DNA of 64,000 bases from Chrysomallon squamiferum (lineage: Eukaryota > Animalia > Mollusca), in contig CM022673.1 in the NCBI GenBank assembly GCA_012295275.1, positions 19,530,001 through 19,594,000 of the forward strand. The letters are read 5' to 3'. Shown here in pieces: positions 45,754-60,590 of the stretch; position 1 is the stretch's first letter, and every line of letters starts with the position of its first letter. Position numbers and translations under genes: made by a program. The notes beneath the pieces were generated by a model. The model ran no database searches and was not told the DNA's origin. It saw only the letters and a list, made by a program, of their open reading frames with translations.

Positions 45754-46388
45754 GGTGTACTAACAACTGCTCACTGGACAACTGTTCACCAATAAGGTGA
45801 GAAATAGAACACCTGCTGACTACAATTGCCGATTGTTTTTTAATCAGTAAAATGTTAATTTAGGTTATGATATACATGTGTAATGGTTTGGTGGGATATT
45901 TATTGCTTATGTGATAAATAAATAAATAGTATTAATAATTAATTCCAAACTAGTTACATTTTCAAATCTTTTTGTAAAGCTTTCATGGTCAAAGTGTTAA
46001 GTCTTGTAGAGTTGTGATAGATAAATGGCAAAAAAGTAACTAATTACTTGAAACAACATATAATTTTAATTTTGATCTACCTAAACCAACAGTAATGTTA
46101 GACTAGTTATCCTAAAATTATATTATAATGTATATGTTCGCAATCACTGTCAGAAGTAACTGCCGCCTAAAACACTTATAGGAACTTCAAAAACTTGAAT
46201 CAAGGGAATTGTGTAATTACAACTTTGAAGTTCTGCCTTTAGAAATTCTAGGTTTTATGTTCGTTTTTATCAACCATATCCGGTTATTTTATTATTATTA
46301 TTATTATTATTAATAAAATAATAAATACAATTTTATTTTAAAAAGAAATAAAGGTAAGCAATCATCTAGTCAGCAAATTTCCGGAACT
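45754..46388. mobile_element. Possible old MuDR-type MITE
   Basis: Left GGTGTACTAACAACTGCTCACTGGACAACTGTTCACC and right GGTAAGCAATCATCTAGTCAGCAAATTTCCGGAAC are degenerate inverted repeats of the GGACAACTG.. repeat type. Confidence 0.3.
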
Positions 46389-48359
46389 GTCCTACTTCCG
46401 TTTATTATTTAGTAGAAATGCTAACAACCGCTAGGAGCGCTCGCTATCACTTTCCCCCCCCCCCTACGTCAGAATATTAGGCTAATGTACTCTATGTTTA
46501 GAACTAGAATGAGATCAGATATCAGTTTATTTTGTTAGTGGAATTTTTTTATAAAGACGCAATTGAAAATCTGAATTTTTTTTATAAACACGTAATTGAA
46601 ATCATAAAAAGGAATATAGATAAAAATAACAAAATGTTTGAAAAAAATCGTAAAATTGCAATGCTAACGGTTGTTGGGGCGCTCGATACTTTTTATTTTT
46701 TCCAAATCTTACGGTAATTTTCGTATGTTTTGAAACAGAATGAAATCAAATATTATTGAAACAGGGAAATAGGCAAAAATGACAACTGAATATTAGAAGA
46801 AAAAAATCGTAAAAAATGTCAACGGTCGATATTACTGAATAAATTGTTTAAATGGAACATTTAGAACTATTTTCTTTCACAGTTAACCCCCATATTTATT
46901 AATAGCCATTTGAAGCGAAGCGGTGGCGGTAGTGCCCGAATGAGGGACAAGACAAAATCTCGGGAACGACCACTCCTTTTAAATGGTATAGATTATATTT
47001 GAAAATAAAAAAAAAAAAAAAAAAATGGGTTAAAAAATAAATCATAGTCATAAGTTAATACAGTGTAAAATTTCTAATGACAAGAGATAGAACTACATAG
47101 CGCTTTACAAATTGCACCTACTTCTATTCTCCGTGTAATCAATTTCTCCGCCCACATGCCTAAAGCTACAGAATTCGGACAAACACAGTGCCTGTGTATC
47201 GTAGAATAATAACTCGCCACCTGCATTTTTAAACAATTTGTCTACGTTCAGTTATATCAATAATGAATTAGCATTTAGTTTTCCCCAAAAAATTGGATGT
47301 TTTTTTTTTTTTTTTTCTTTGTTTTGCCCTCACTGAATTCAATTTTGCATTATTATTTTTAAAACATTTTTTAAAATATTTTAATTTCATATAATTTATG
47401 TTTTTAAAGTAGTCATATGATTGTATTTTAAGTGGTTAAAAAGTTACATTAAAAAAAGAAAAACAACTTTTAATAGCACAGCAAAACTTTCTTTACATAT
47501 GTAACTTAATTTTTCAGTCTTGGTATTTTAAATATTTGTTTGTAACAAGTTAAAAAGAAGGTTTGTCTGTTTAACCCATTATTTTCAGAAATACGCAGTC
47601 TCGGCTAAAGCTTGGATCCCATCCAGAAGATGTTGCAGGTACTAATTAGGGGCAATAAAATGTTCCTAATCCTGAACCTGAAGGCGCAGATGTGATAAGT
47701 CGAAAATTTGAAGCTAAAACATAAAAGTGTTCTTAGCTTTGTACTTGCGGTGATTTGACTGCAAACCAAAATTACCTATCATCTGACCATTGCTGGTATT
47801 TTCTCTCACAGGGGCTAATCAAGACGTCAAGCAAAAATAAACCACATTTTAAAAATCAATTAGTGATACTAAAAAAAAAAGGTTATTATTTATTTTTTTG
47901 TTGAGCATTCGAGCAAAATTTCTTAGTCACACAATAATATACTAATGTTTTGTAGTTATGTTTATGATCCTCAAATCGAATTTGATTCGCGAGAACTGTG
48001 CAAACAAAATAATCGTCTGTGCCTCAGAACACCCGAAATATCATTTTCAGTAAGTTTAACAAACGCGAATGATAAACTGGTAGCCGTGTTTTACATTTGG
48101 AGCCGAGTTGTTAGTCCGAAAATTGATAACGCATTACTAAATATGGCATCGGCGGACCAACAATTCGTACAAGCGCCATTGCAGAATGACCCAATACAGC
48201 TCAACACTAAACACAAATTATTATCTAGTAAATTTTCCCAAATTATGCCAATTTATTTAAATCGTTAACGCTGAATATAAAGGATCTAGATTCTAGATCA
48301 TTTTTGTAACCTTACTTATAAAACCCTCCGCACAAAAAAAGCAACTTTTCAGAACGAGA

Positions 48360-48490
48360 CAACTACTTATTCTGTCGTGTGTGACGTGTTAAATGTTTGT
48401 TCCGCTTCGACTTCGTTGAGATTGAGCTTTTAATATTGACTATCATAAGGCTGTGGAATGTAATAAGAAATCTTTAATTTCAGGGTAAGT
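48360..48490 (+). promoter_or_regulatory. Probable promoter and non-coding first exon of CHPF
   Basis: Local CpG enrichment (TGACGTG, TTCCGCTTCGACTTCG) followed by a consensus donor AGG|GTAAGT at 48484. The next acceptor TTTTTATCCAG at 49774 precedes the ATG at 49822. Confidence 0.5.
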
Positions 48491-49821
48491 TTTATTGTAT
48501 TCAAACAAATGTTCATGAGATGATTTATTTATAAATCAGACATTTTTAGCTATTTTGGCTTAACTCACAATCACAATTCACATATTGTATAGTCGGAATA
48601 CTCTGAATAGTCAATCGCCTCATCGTTAAGTCATTTCGTACTACATTTCTAAATATAGGTAATAATTATTTAAGTAAAAAAAAAAAAGTTCCGCAACCTT
48701 GTTTTCATTATTATTTTTCTAACTTGGATAAACGGTTTCAGCAGTAGAATAACAAATTGGAAACCGAATGAGAAACAATTCGAGAGTAACTTCAGTATAA
48801 CTATTACTATAAGCAGAGCAAATTTCCCCATTAGTCCTACTTTTCTAATTGATTATTTCACATTATTTTAATCACTTTCTGTTCTGAATACTATTAAACA
48901 CATTGTAACGATTGTTATATTACTTATTATATACTAAAGTTTTCTCAGTTTAGTGTTTCAGTAACTTTTAGGGTCAATATTTTAATTCACGATTTCCCAG
49001 ACTTTTGCCAATCGAATGTCAGTAGTAATAACAACAGTAATAATACAAACTCATCTGTATTATATTCAGATCATGAGTAGAGTTTATCATGTCAAAGTGA
49101 TCCATGATGTCATTAAAGTTATTATCATTTATATTTGTATATTATAAAATATATATATTTTTTAAAACATTGCAGTTAAAATGATATAGTCCCACATATA
49201 ACTATTATATTAAATCAGCATTAATTAAATAACACAAATGAATTATTAGTTGTAAAAATTACTTATTATAGCACTTTAATCTCTGTTAAAATTTGTAAAA
49301 GGATGAAGTTATAGAATGAAATAGAAAATTTTCCTATTTATGTAGTTACATTAAATTTATAATGGATATTCGAAAATTCAACATACTGTATAGTGTATTG
49401 TTAAAATACACTAAAAGTTGGTATATGTTAACACTGAGAAACTGCTGGATTTTTAGTTTGTTATTGTAAGTTTTAAAACCAGAATTGTCCATGAGAAGCA
49501 TTGTATATCAATATTCTACAAAGTAAATTGCAATTCAAAACTACATTGTTGTTGTAAAGGGTGTATTAAGAATTATTTTTATCCATGTTGTTTTTCTCTA
49601 TATGAATGTATGTGATCACAGAAAAAACTCATATCAGTGATACTTTTCATTCAAATCTCAAATAGTTTTTTCATTTTTCATTTCTTGTTTTTTGTTCTGA
49701 AGCAAGGATTAAAACGTATGTGCCAGTATTTAATTTTAAATATGTGAACATTACTTTTTCCTTTTTTTATCCAGAGAGAAAAGATAAAGAAAAGTAATGT
49801 AAGACAAACTTCAGAGTAACA

Positions 49822-50604
49822 ATGCTGTTAAAAGTAGATTACAGATGTTTACGTCCTTTGATGCCAGCTGTCATTGGCCTCTGTCTCGGGATCACAATGA
49901 GCATGATGTATGCACCATACAGTGAAGATAGCTGTGAAACATTTGTTGCTAACCAGGATCCTCAAGAATTAGTCAAACTTAGAGAAACAAAATCCTTGGA
50001 ATTGGATGCTGAAGCTAAATTTGAGCCACGTCTTAGGCTTCAGGAAAGATCAATAGGAACCCAAGGTGGGAATCGACAACCTTCCCCATCTAAGAAACTA
50101 GTTAGACCACGATATGCATCCACTGAATTAGGTATTAGAGAAAAACTTTTTGTAGCTGTTTTGACATCAAAGGGAACCATTGATACACTTGGGGTGGCAT
50201 TTAATAAAACAGTTCATCATCATGTGACCAAGATGGTATTCTTCATGGATGACAAAGGACAGACAGTTCCTCAAGGGATGTCCATTGTAAGTTTCTCTGA
50301 CAGACGTCCACATCTTGTTCCTATACACATTCTGAAATACATTTCAGAACACTACCCCCAAACATTTGATTATTATATGTTTGTGTCTGATCGAACATAT
50401 ATTCGAGGAGAAAAGGTATATGATCTTGTCAGCCATGTCAGTGTTAGTCACCACATGCATCTGGGTGCTCCAAAAACCACAGAGACAGGACAAAGTTACT
50501 GCACTCTTGAAGGAGGCGTGATTATTTCTCAGGTAAGAAATTGTTCAGCATTAAAAAATATAAGTTGTTAAATGTATAACTACAATATTATTTGTTCTTG
50601 TCAC

Positions 50605-50653
<49 letters not shown>

Positions 50654-50692
50654 GACATGTACACTGAAGTAAAAAAGGAACTGTGCATCACT

Positions 50693-50723
<31 letters not shown>

Positions 50724-51234
50724 TTGTTTTGAAAATAGCAAGGTGATGTTTGGCAGTCTGTGTTTTAAAAATGTTTATTTATTAAAATGTAAACTCAAAA
50801 TCATCATGTGTTAACACTAGGCACTATGCACAGCTCAAAAGAGGGGTGGTTCAAAAAATTAATTCACAAAGTGAACATAGTGTATAGTTGCATGCATAGT
50901 TTAATTAGTTACCTTTTTCCATAACACACATGCACACACACAAACATGTCGTCAACATATTATCGTGAACTACTTTTGGATATGTTGTTTTTCACATCCT
51001 GTTTGCATTAATTTCCTGAATTACCATGTGTGTTTGTGTGAGATATATATTATAGATCTATTTTTTCTTTCCGTTATAAGTCTTTGCTGTCTCAAGTGCT
51101 ATCACAACTAGACTGGTGTACAACAAATGCACATCTGAAGGATGCCAGTGCAAATCTTGGGATGTGCTTACTGCATGTAACAGGAAGAAGTTGTCAAGAT
51201 ATAGCCCAGGTACTTACATAGCTACATGAATGCA

Positions 51235-51282
<48 letters not shown>

Positions 51283-54200
51283 CATGCGTGTGTGTGCATG
51301 TGTGTTTATATAATTCTTAATTTGTTAACGGCAGATAAGAAAAGAAAAGTAAAATAATTGTTTTATATGAGTGCTTCACAGATTTACTTATAACATGGCA
51401 CTGTCTATCTAATCCTCCAAATATGAACTCTCCAACTTTTTTATCTCTATATTCAGATTGTGTAACATAAAGGAAGTGATTTCAGTTACACCTTTTTGAG
51501 ATATTTGATCATTATTTTTTTTATATTAGAGGAAATTTCTGAAATTTGTAAATTTAGTTTAGGATCTGCATCACTTTTGAGTTACATGCACACATTTTCT
51601 CTGAGAAAATCTATTCAAATGTATAAATAGTGCTCTTCTTTTCAAATGTATAAATATATAAATAGATATTTATATATAATGTTATGTGAAAGTTTTGTCG
51701 AGGTGACACAGCAAGTTGTATATTGTGCTTTCAATATTTCTGATTGGAATCTGTTCTTCAGTTTAAAAGATTTAAGGAGATACTTGAATTACCTTTTTGA
51801 CTTGCTTTGTTCTAGAGGTTTTTCATATTTAGAAAAAATGAATTATGCTATTTTTGACATCAAGTTGAATTTTGATTAGGTGTGTCTGATGGAGTAGAGA
51901 ATATAAATCTAAAAGGCTCAGTATTTTGAATGTTAGTTGATTTTTAATTTTAAAAAATGTAGTAAAAATGTATTTATGATGTACTAGGCATTTATACTGC
52001 TATGTGTCATTTGATTATTGTAATATATTACAAATTGATTATATATCTATCAGATATGTGAATTAGTCTTAAACAAAATAGAAAACAAAATACTCCAAAG
52101 TAAGTTCATTTAGAATTAGACAAAAATTTTTTTTTTTATAGTCTTAAAAGCTTTTTGAAAAATTAATACATTTGTCTTTTAATTCATTAGGTTGTTTTTA
52201 CATGAGTAGAAGTTTTATTATCCTAGATGAAATGAGATCATGCATCAGGAATGCTTAAACAGTCTCAGTATACAAGAATGAGAGCCCAGTTAGTGAAAAC
52301 AAATTTTTATATTTGCAAATACAGTTTTACATGCTAATAGATTTATTTATTAATAAAGTATTTAATATATTGTTTCTCCTTTTCTTTTTTTAAGGGAAAA
52401 GTATATGGTCATTATCGAATTGATGACTTTGATTTTGATGATGACATTGGTAAACTGAAAGAAAAAGAACAGTTTAATAATTCAATATCAGTTTACCCAC
52501 TTCCTGATGAAACTAACCACTATAAACTACACAGGTAGCTCTTTCCTGTTTAACATAAATTATTAGTTTAAACTGAAATTATATCAGTTTTATGTTGCTT
52601 TGTTTTGTAGTTTAATATAGTACTTATAATGTTAATTACTCTTGAATATTATTGTCAATCAATTTTTTGTTTTTGTTTTAATTAAATCAAAACAGTTACT
52701 GCAAATATAATTTCAAAACATAGTTATTCAACCTTTATCTGATGTCTTCTCTTATATATATGTATATATAAATTAATGTACATTCAAAAATTTAACTGAG
52801 AACATGCAGAAGTCCTAGTATTTTTGGTGATTTTTATTTTACTTATTGCAGATATTTTTGTCAACATGAATTGTATCTAACAAGAAAGGAAATAGAACAT
52901 ATCAAAGAAGATATTTTATACATGAGTCAGTATGCACCAGGGGGCAGAGATAGTATAAGCTGGCCTATTGGTAACCTTTTTATTTTAATTCTGAAATATA
53001 CTGCATCTATTGGGGGGGGGAGGAGAACAAATAAACATTATAAAGACAGAAGAATTCACTCTAGGAAAAGTTTATTGTAAAACAGCCACTGAATTTTAGT
53101 GTAATAATAATGTTTTGTAAGATTTTTAAAAAAAATTTAATTTCTTGTTCTGTATGCTGCTTTTGGAAAAAAATAGTATAGGCTAAAGTTGCATTGTTAT
53201 GTTATTTTACAGGTGTTCCAGAACCATATAAACCAAAAAGTCGTTTTGATGTCATTCGCTGGATTTATTTCACAGAAACACATATATTCTTCAAAGATGA
53301 TTTTACAAATATGGAAGAGCTTAAAGGTTATTATACAGTTTAAATTAGATGCATGTCTCAAATTGTTTCTAAGATAAATAAGTCTGATACAGAATGAGGA
53401 TTCATGTTGGTAAAGAAATGGTATAACTTAGTTCCAGGTTGTGATTTGTTAGTTATTCATTTATCATTTTAACATTTTAACAGTGCTTACAAAATTAATC
53501 TTGACTGAATTTACTGAAGAAAAAAAAAATATATGTGTGTGCATATCTATCTGAATGAAAAAGTCTGATTTTTATCAAATGGTATGATGAAATGTACAAT
53601 TCATCAGTGTTGTCAAGCACTGTTAATATTAGTTCCTGATTATGCTCAGATTATGCAAACAGAAATATTTTTGCACACTGTTTCCATCATTTGAATAATT
53701 CATTTTCCTAATGGTAATAAAAAAGAATAGTTTAAATGTCACTTTATTATGTTTCTGGACTGTCAGCCCTGGTCAAAATTAGATCACTATATTTTATGTG
53801 AATTTAGCTGTCACTCACCAAAAGCACCAAAATATAATGTCACATGATTAACAAAAAGAAAGCTGAAACAAAATATGAAATAAATACAAAAATAACAAAT
53901 TTGAAATGGTGTGAATCTGAAAGTAATTAAGACATAGGCTTCAAATTTAGCATGATTGCATAACTTTTTTATTACAGATCTTATTGCTGTAAAGGAAAAC
54001 ACACACAAACACACATGTGCTTACTTTTTGAATACATAATTTTGTATTCAGTGTATTATCAAGCCTGAATATGATTATCTTCTAATAGTCATAAAACAAA
54101 TTCTGTTTGATGATATTATCCACTATTTTTTTATAGAAAAGAACATTTAATAGTGTTTGGATTATTGGTCCAGTTGAATAGTAATATATCTGTATAGTGG

Positions 54201-56301
54201 ACTCTTCAAACCAGGTTTAGACATAATGCCGCTATAGAAGTTTTCATCCTGAGTTATTGTTCTTGCCATTGTCATCAGTAAAACAGATATTCTTTTTACT
54301 GCTTAAAATCACTTGAAATAGGTGCTTGAAATTAGGCATATGTCATTAATTTCAGTATGTTGGTAAAGTCAGTTTAGTGTTTGCCAAAAATTAGTTTATT
54401 GTAAAAATCAAAGTTAGTGTTTGTTGTTCATTTTTTCTCTACTGAAACATTTCTCATGTAATTGCGAATAATATTTACATTGTTTGAATGCACCTGATAT
54501 GGGCTTTTTCCAGTTTTTAACTGTAAACCTAAATATTTGTCTAAACAGTAAGAACTTTAAACAAATGCCTCAATTTACTTGCCATATGAGAGTAAATGTA
54601 AACATTTTTTTATGTTGCAGCTACTTTATGCAACATACGGAATTCTTATTAGTGCGATATAATGTGACTGCATTTAACCATTACACCTGAGGTTCAATTT
54701 TTTAATATGGAAGCACCATTGTTTCATCAGATTTTGTAACATTTCTCCACTTAGTTCATAAGCTATAGATAGTTAGAGAGTATGGAAAAAACATCATATG
54801 TGGTATATAGAGAGAGCTATAATAATTAACCCAAAAATCATTTGTTTGCAGTTTAGGCAGAACTAAATTCCTAATAGAGTAGATTAACAGGTCTTTCAAA
54901 TGAAGAAATAGTCATTCTTGATAACAATAAAATAATCTGTTTAACTTAAAGTTACTGTCTCAGTTAATTATGAATTAGAAGTTAAGTATTACAGAGCTGA
55001 AATTCTATTTTGGTGTCAGTGCATATGGAAAGAGTTAAGCAAATGTTGAAAAATAGATTAAAATATTTTGAAATGATTTTCATAACATTGACTTCAGTTA
55101 TTGTCAGATAAATAGGTATGTAAATAACAATGTGTATTTTAAGTGTTTTGATTTGAAAACAGTGTTAATAGTGCTTCGTTCTTTATTTTAAGGTGTTGAT
55201 AAAGAAGATGTCCAGGAAGTCATCAAATATTCTGTGGACCATTTAAATGAGAAATATGAAAACCGGTTTCTTTACTCTCGTCTCATAAATGGATACCGCA
55301 GATTTGATCCACAGCGAGGCATGGAGTACATCCTAGATATTGCACTGAAAGACATAACACAAAACAAAGAAGTAGAAAAACGAATTCAGATTGTGCGACC
55401 TCTAGGTCAGGTGGAAATTGTTCCAATGCCATATGTTACAGAAAACACAAGAATTAATCTGATACTACCTGTATCAGAAGATGATAAAGATGGAGTAGGT
55501 AATTTCCTAGATTCATATGCACACACATGTCTAGACACAGGAGATAATACCTACTTATTGATTGTCTTCATTTATCAACATGGTTATGTAAGTGATACAT
55601 TTTCAGTTTTAAAGTCCATGATCTCTTATTATGAAAAAAAATACAAGAATGGAGCAAAGATTTCATGGACCACTCTGTACACCAATTCATCATATATCTC
55701 TGAATTTGCAATTATGGATGTTGTTTCACAGAAATTCCCTCAAGATACCCTGCTGCTTGTGTGCAGTGTGGGAATGGAGCTAGCAACAGAATATTTTAAT
55801 CGAGTTCGAATGAATAGCATTCAAGGATGGCAAGTATTTTTTCCTGTTGGGTTTTGGCAGTATAAACCAAACCTTATTTATGATCATAAACCATATCCTA
55901 CAGCAATAGAAATAAATGCTAAATATGGTCACTATGATGCCCATTCTTTTGAACACTGTAGTTTCTATAATTCAGATTATATTGCTGCAAGAAAAATACT
56001 GTCTCCATATTATGTACAGGCAGGAGATCTGTATGATATGTTTGTAAAGTATCAGAAACTTCATGTATTCAGAGCCATTGAGCCTGATCTCAAACATCGG
56101 TACAAATTCTTCAACTGTTTATCGTCACTGCCAGAACGGATGTATGAGAGGTGTAAGAAACGGCGGGCAGAAGGACTGGCCACTCGTGGTCAGCTGGCTA
56201 AATTGGTGTTTGAAAAGCAATTAAAAGATGATCAAAATCATATGGAGATGTTGAAACATCAGAACCAATTAAATGTTGAATCAGTAAAATCAGTTCAGTG
56301 A
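49822..56301 (+). CDS. CHPF: Chondroitin polymerizing factor (CHPF/CHPF2 family, chondroitin sulfate synthase 2-like), 773 aa
   Basis: Exons 49822-50532, 51081-51209, 52395-52534, 52852-52970, 53213-53326 and 55193-56301, with consistent phases. N-terminal signal anchor (PAVIGLCLGITMSMMYAP), KKLVRPRYASTELGIREKLFVAVLT, WPIGVP..P.SRFDV..W.YFTE, LINGYRRFDPQRGMEYILD, RPLGQVEIVPMPYVTE, RMNSIQGWQVFFP, LHVFRAIEP. Confidence 0.93.
51237..51277. repeat. (GT)n microsatellite; others include (ATT)n ~13108-13157 and ~58320-58365, (GT)n ~19422-19456, (AT)n ~50609-50645
   Basis: Directly visible simple repeats. Confidence 0.95.
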
Positions 56302-58312
56302 ATTAAAAATCAGAAATGTGTGATTTTTATTTTCAGAAATGTTGCCTAAGACTTTAAACGGGTAAACTCATTTTATATCATATTTTCTATATTCTTTTAT
56401 AAATTTTCCATTCACACTTAATCAAAATTATGAGGGTTATGAAGGATTATCACTTTTGGAGAATGCTTTATTTTAGGTTAATTTAAACTAAGAATCATGC
56501 ATTTGAAAAAAAAAAAAAAAATTAAAACAAACAAAAAAATAAAATAAATAAATAATAATAAATAAAATAAATATGGTCACATTCAGTCCTTAAATTTTTT
56601 TCATTCTATGTAAAATTTTAACAGTGGTTTAAAGTTTTGAAATTAAATATGCATTATGTTACACTAAGATCTAGTAAGAAATAAGAATTTTATTAAACAG
56701 GGACTAATATAAACTCCAACACTATACCATGATGTGTGAAATTAGCATTTGCAGTTTTAAACTGATCATATATTTACATAACATTTTAGTTTTCCAAACT
56801 TCTGAATAATAAAAATATGCTAGCTGTTATAATTTGAGTGTCATGATTATGTACTGAAGGATTAATTGAATACCAATTCCAGTTTTTGCTGAAATAAAAT
56901 ATGTTTTTGTTAGGATTTCCCATGATTTTGAGGGGCTTCATCTAAAAGAGGAAATCCTTATCTGCTCCAGTATGTGAGCTTAACTTGAGAAATGAATAAG
57001 CATGTAAATGTATTCTCTATTAACCGATCTGGAGGAGGATCATTCTAGCCACAAAATGATTGCAAATAGCTACTATAAAAGTTCTAGAATTACAGTATCC
57101 AGTGAGCGATAGTTATACACTATTCAGAATTACCAAGGTATGTTAATGACAGTCTTTAATCTTTACACTCAGTATTCATTTTCTAAAAGATATTTTTTCA
57201 TTTATGCCAGTTGGATAAATCATACATATTCAGTAATATACATATATACATTAAATAGAAGTAATAAAATAAAAAAATAAAAAATAAAAAACTTAAATAG
57301 TAAATATTAAATAATTATCATATGTATTAATAAATAGATTAAACAAAAATTAATTTTATTTATTCTTGACTTCAAAATATATAAAGTGTTATATATATAT
57401 ATAGAGAATTCTCAAAACATATCGTAAGCTTTTACAGAATAAAAAGCTTGACATTTTTAAAATTCTGAATAGTGCATAATTATCATTCAGTTTGTATTTA
57501 AAAATGTATTATTTGTATCAATCATTAGAACTGTAAATTGAAACTATAGAACAGCAATCATGTAGTGTATTAGCGGATGTCTGTTCAGATTGTAATTGTA
57601 TTATTTACACAGTTAAAGATTATTTAATGAAATCGTTGTGAAGCCAAATGTAGCATAAATATTAATTAAAAATAAGCTGCACTTAGATATGTTATTCCAT
57701 ATGCAATTGTGTATTTGTTGGGTTGACTTTATAATTATCCACAAGTGAAATTCAGATAATTTATCAGTTTTAATGAAACTAGTAGGAGCTTCATCTCCTT
57801 CCTACCAGAACAGGCTCATTTGTTGATGCCCTGACAAATCATTATTCATACTTCAGTAAAAGTTGGCATCTCTTGTAATGAGATCAGTAGTTGCAATTGA
57901 TAAGCAGGTCATTTGGTTTTTGGTTTTTGTTGGGAGGATTTATGTTTTTAATATGATTCTTTTAACTTTTTGCTTTATTTATTCATTGTTTTATTATAAA
58001 TGGTTCTGTAAATCCTATTTCTGCTGCAAGCTTATATTACCTTTTTGATGCTGGTTCATCAAACTACAGATCTGTTAATACTTTATGTCAACTTATAACA
58101 GATTACTTTATATATATATATATATATATATATAATTTAACACTTACTAAACACCCCCTAGATCTCTGTAAGGAAAACCTTTTGCACTGTTGGTTACTAT
58201 TATATGCCAGTTGTGACAAGAAAACCAAATATATAATTAAGAAAATTAATATGCAAGTTCTTGAAAAATCAACAGTTTTGCATTAATACTATCTGGTATA
58301 TAATTATTTATT

Positions 58313-58366
<54 letters not shown>

Positions 58367-59789
58367 TTAACTTTAGAGAAAGCATGAAAGTTAATTTTGT
58401 TATTTGATTATGGAAATCCTGCACGTATTTTTAGTTTAGTGCCTTTATGAAAGGATTAAGCACTGAACAGAACATGACGAAATACCACAGTCAGATTATT
58501 ATTAGAATACTATAACTGCCTTCAGGACAAATTGTGCAATTAGTTAGTTATTTCCAATTAAGAATTCTTGTTTAAATAATGATGCATAGTGTGACATTTT
58601 GATGTACATGTAAATAACTTCAGAGATATTTTAAGAATAATAATTACCAAATTTGTTTTATTAAATTTCTTCTTTGTGTAGTGTATAATATTATATACAT
58701 TTCTGCATGTTTTGCAACTTTATCTTATTCTGTAATTAACTAATATTTCTATTTATTTATTATAAAAATTACTCTTTCTGCATCAGTTTTGCATCAATAC
58801 AAGAATATGTTTGGTAAAAATTTATACAAAGGAAATTATTTTAAAAAAAAAACAATTTAAAATAATAATATTACAACTCAAATTAGTTAACAATTTTAAC
58901 TGGTTTTGCTGACAAGGCTTTCCAACTATTTAATATGATGACTTGAAAATGTAATTCTATCAAAATTAAGTATTCCCATTAGTGCCCATTGATAATTTTC
59001 AATATTCTATTTGCTACACGAGAATAAAAATAACAAAAATGTAAGGTATATATATATATATAGTTCTTTAGTGCTAGATAAAGAAGATTCAGAGGATAAA
59101 AAATGTACCAGCCACTTTGACACAGAGAATTTACTATATATAAATATGTATGTGAAATAATTTAGATTAGCAAAATAATAATAGTAGCAATTACTTTACT
59201 AGGTATCATTCGCTTGCTGGGGCCTTGAGATATTGTTTTATTTTATTATTTTATTTCTTTCATTTATTTTTATTTTTTCTTCTTTTTTGAAATGCCTAAA
59301 TTGAAATATATGGTTTAGTCAAAGCTAATTTGTGGTGTTGTCAAAAGACTTCATTGTAGATAGAGTGAATGATATTATTATTGTAAATGGTTATTAGTAA
59401 CTTTATTTCTTTATTGTTGGGATGTTTTGTAATATATATTTAGTAGTCAAATACGAAATTGGTATTTAAAATCATATAGTTTTGTTTTTGTAATATTAAT
59501 TTATTTCACTTGGCTTGCAAACTAGCAAATTGGTAGTAATTATAGCAACCCATAGTTTTATTTTCATTAGATTCATTATACTTTCCAAAATAATGTTATA
59601 TTTTATTATATTTTGTATAGTTTTTCTTTGTGTGTTTTTATTTTTTTAATTATTATTATTATTATTTGTTTTCTTTATTATTATTATTTTTTTCTTTATC
59701 ATTGCTGTTTTATTTTTTAGAATAAGAATTAAACTTAAGAGATTATTTATAGAGCAACAGTCAGGCATATATTTTTTAGACTATCAATT

Positions 59790-60590
59790 GCCATAAAGCA
59801 AAACTCTTGTGTAGTTTGGACTGCAGTATGACAAAAAGCTGCCCATACACTCAAAAAGTCTGAAATCAACTAGTTTATAGAGTCAGCAGATGCTGTCAAC
59901 TAATTTGTTTATTTCTTTATTATTATTATTATTATTATATATGTAAAATGGAAAAACATCCATTTTTAGTGGTAACCTGTATTTTTATTCATTTATGTAT
60001 TCATATTGGCTTTTTCTATAAAACAGTAGAACCTAGCTAATAATTGTGAGGTTAACAAGTTGCTTCAGTTGTCACTAGGTTGGCCATTCTGGGGGAAATT
60101 CATTGAGTGTATGAAGCAACAGTCCAATTATTTTTTATATGTGCTCTCCTTTATGAATTTTCTCAAGAATTGGCAATGTTGCAGATTGATGATTACAGCC
60201 TGGAGTTACTCTATACACAATTGTTGCCATGGGTTTTCTAATTTTATAAAATCAGAAAGTCTTTACAAATTTGTTTTATAGCTCATGCTGTCAGAGTTAA
60301 AGACAGAAGTGGAAGTTTGTGGTGTTAAACAATTACCTATAGCTTATAAAAGTGCCTTCTGCTAATCTGAAATGTGTTATTTTGCAGTAACATAGAAGAT
60401 TATTGTTATTGTTAAAATTTGTATTAGCTTTTTTTTTCCTATACTGTAAACAAAAAATATATAAAATGATAAGTAGGTGAATATCAAATTCAACTTCAGT
60501 TTTCACACCTGTCTGGTTTACAGGATTTGCATATTTTGTAAATGGAGCAGCCATCAATATTACAGCCAGACAGTATCAGACAAGTTATGG
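59790..60590 (-). pseudogene. Possible decayed multi-exon gene of unknown identity
   Basis: Chain of exon-like blocks: ~60585-60499 (MSITCLILSGCNIDGCSIYKICKSCKPD, AG|GTGTGA), 60366-60337 (TTTCAG|30 nt|GTAATT), ~60237-60033 and ~59899-59791. The later blocks contain stops. Confidence 0.25.
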
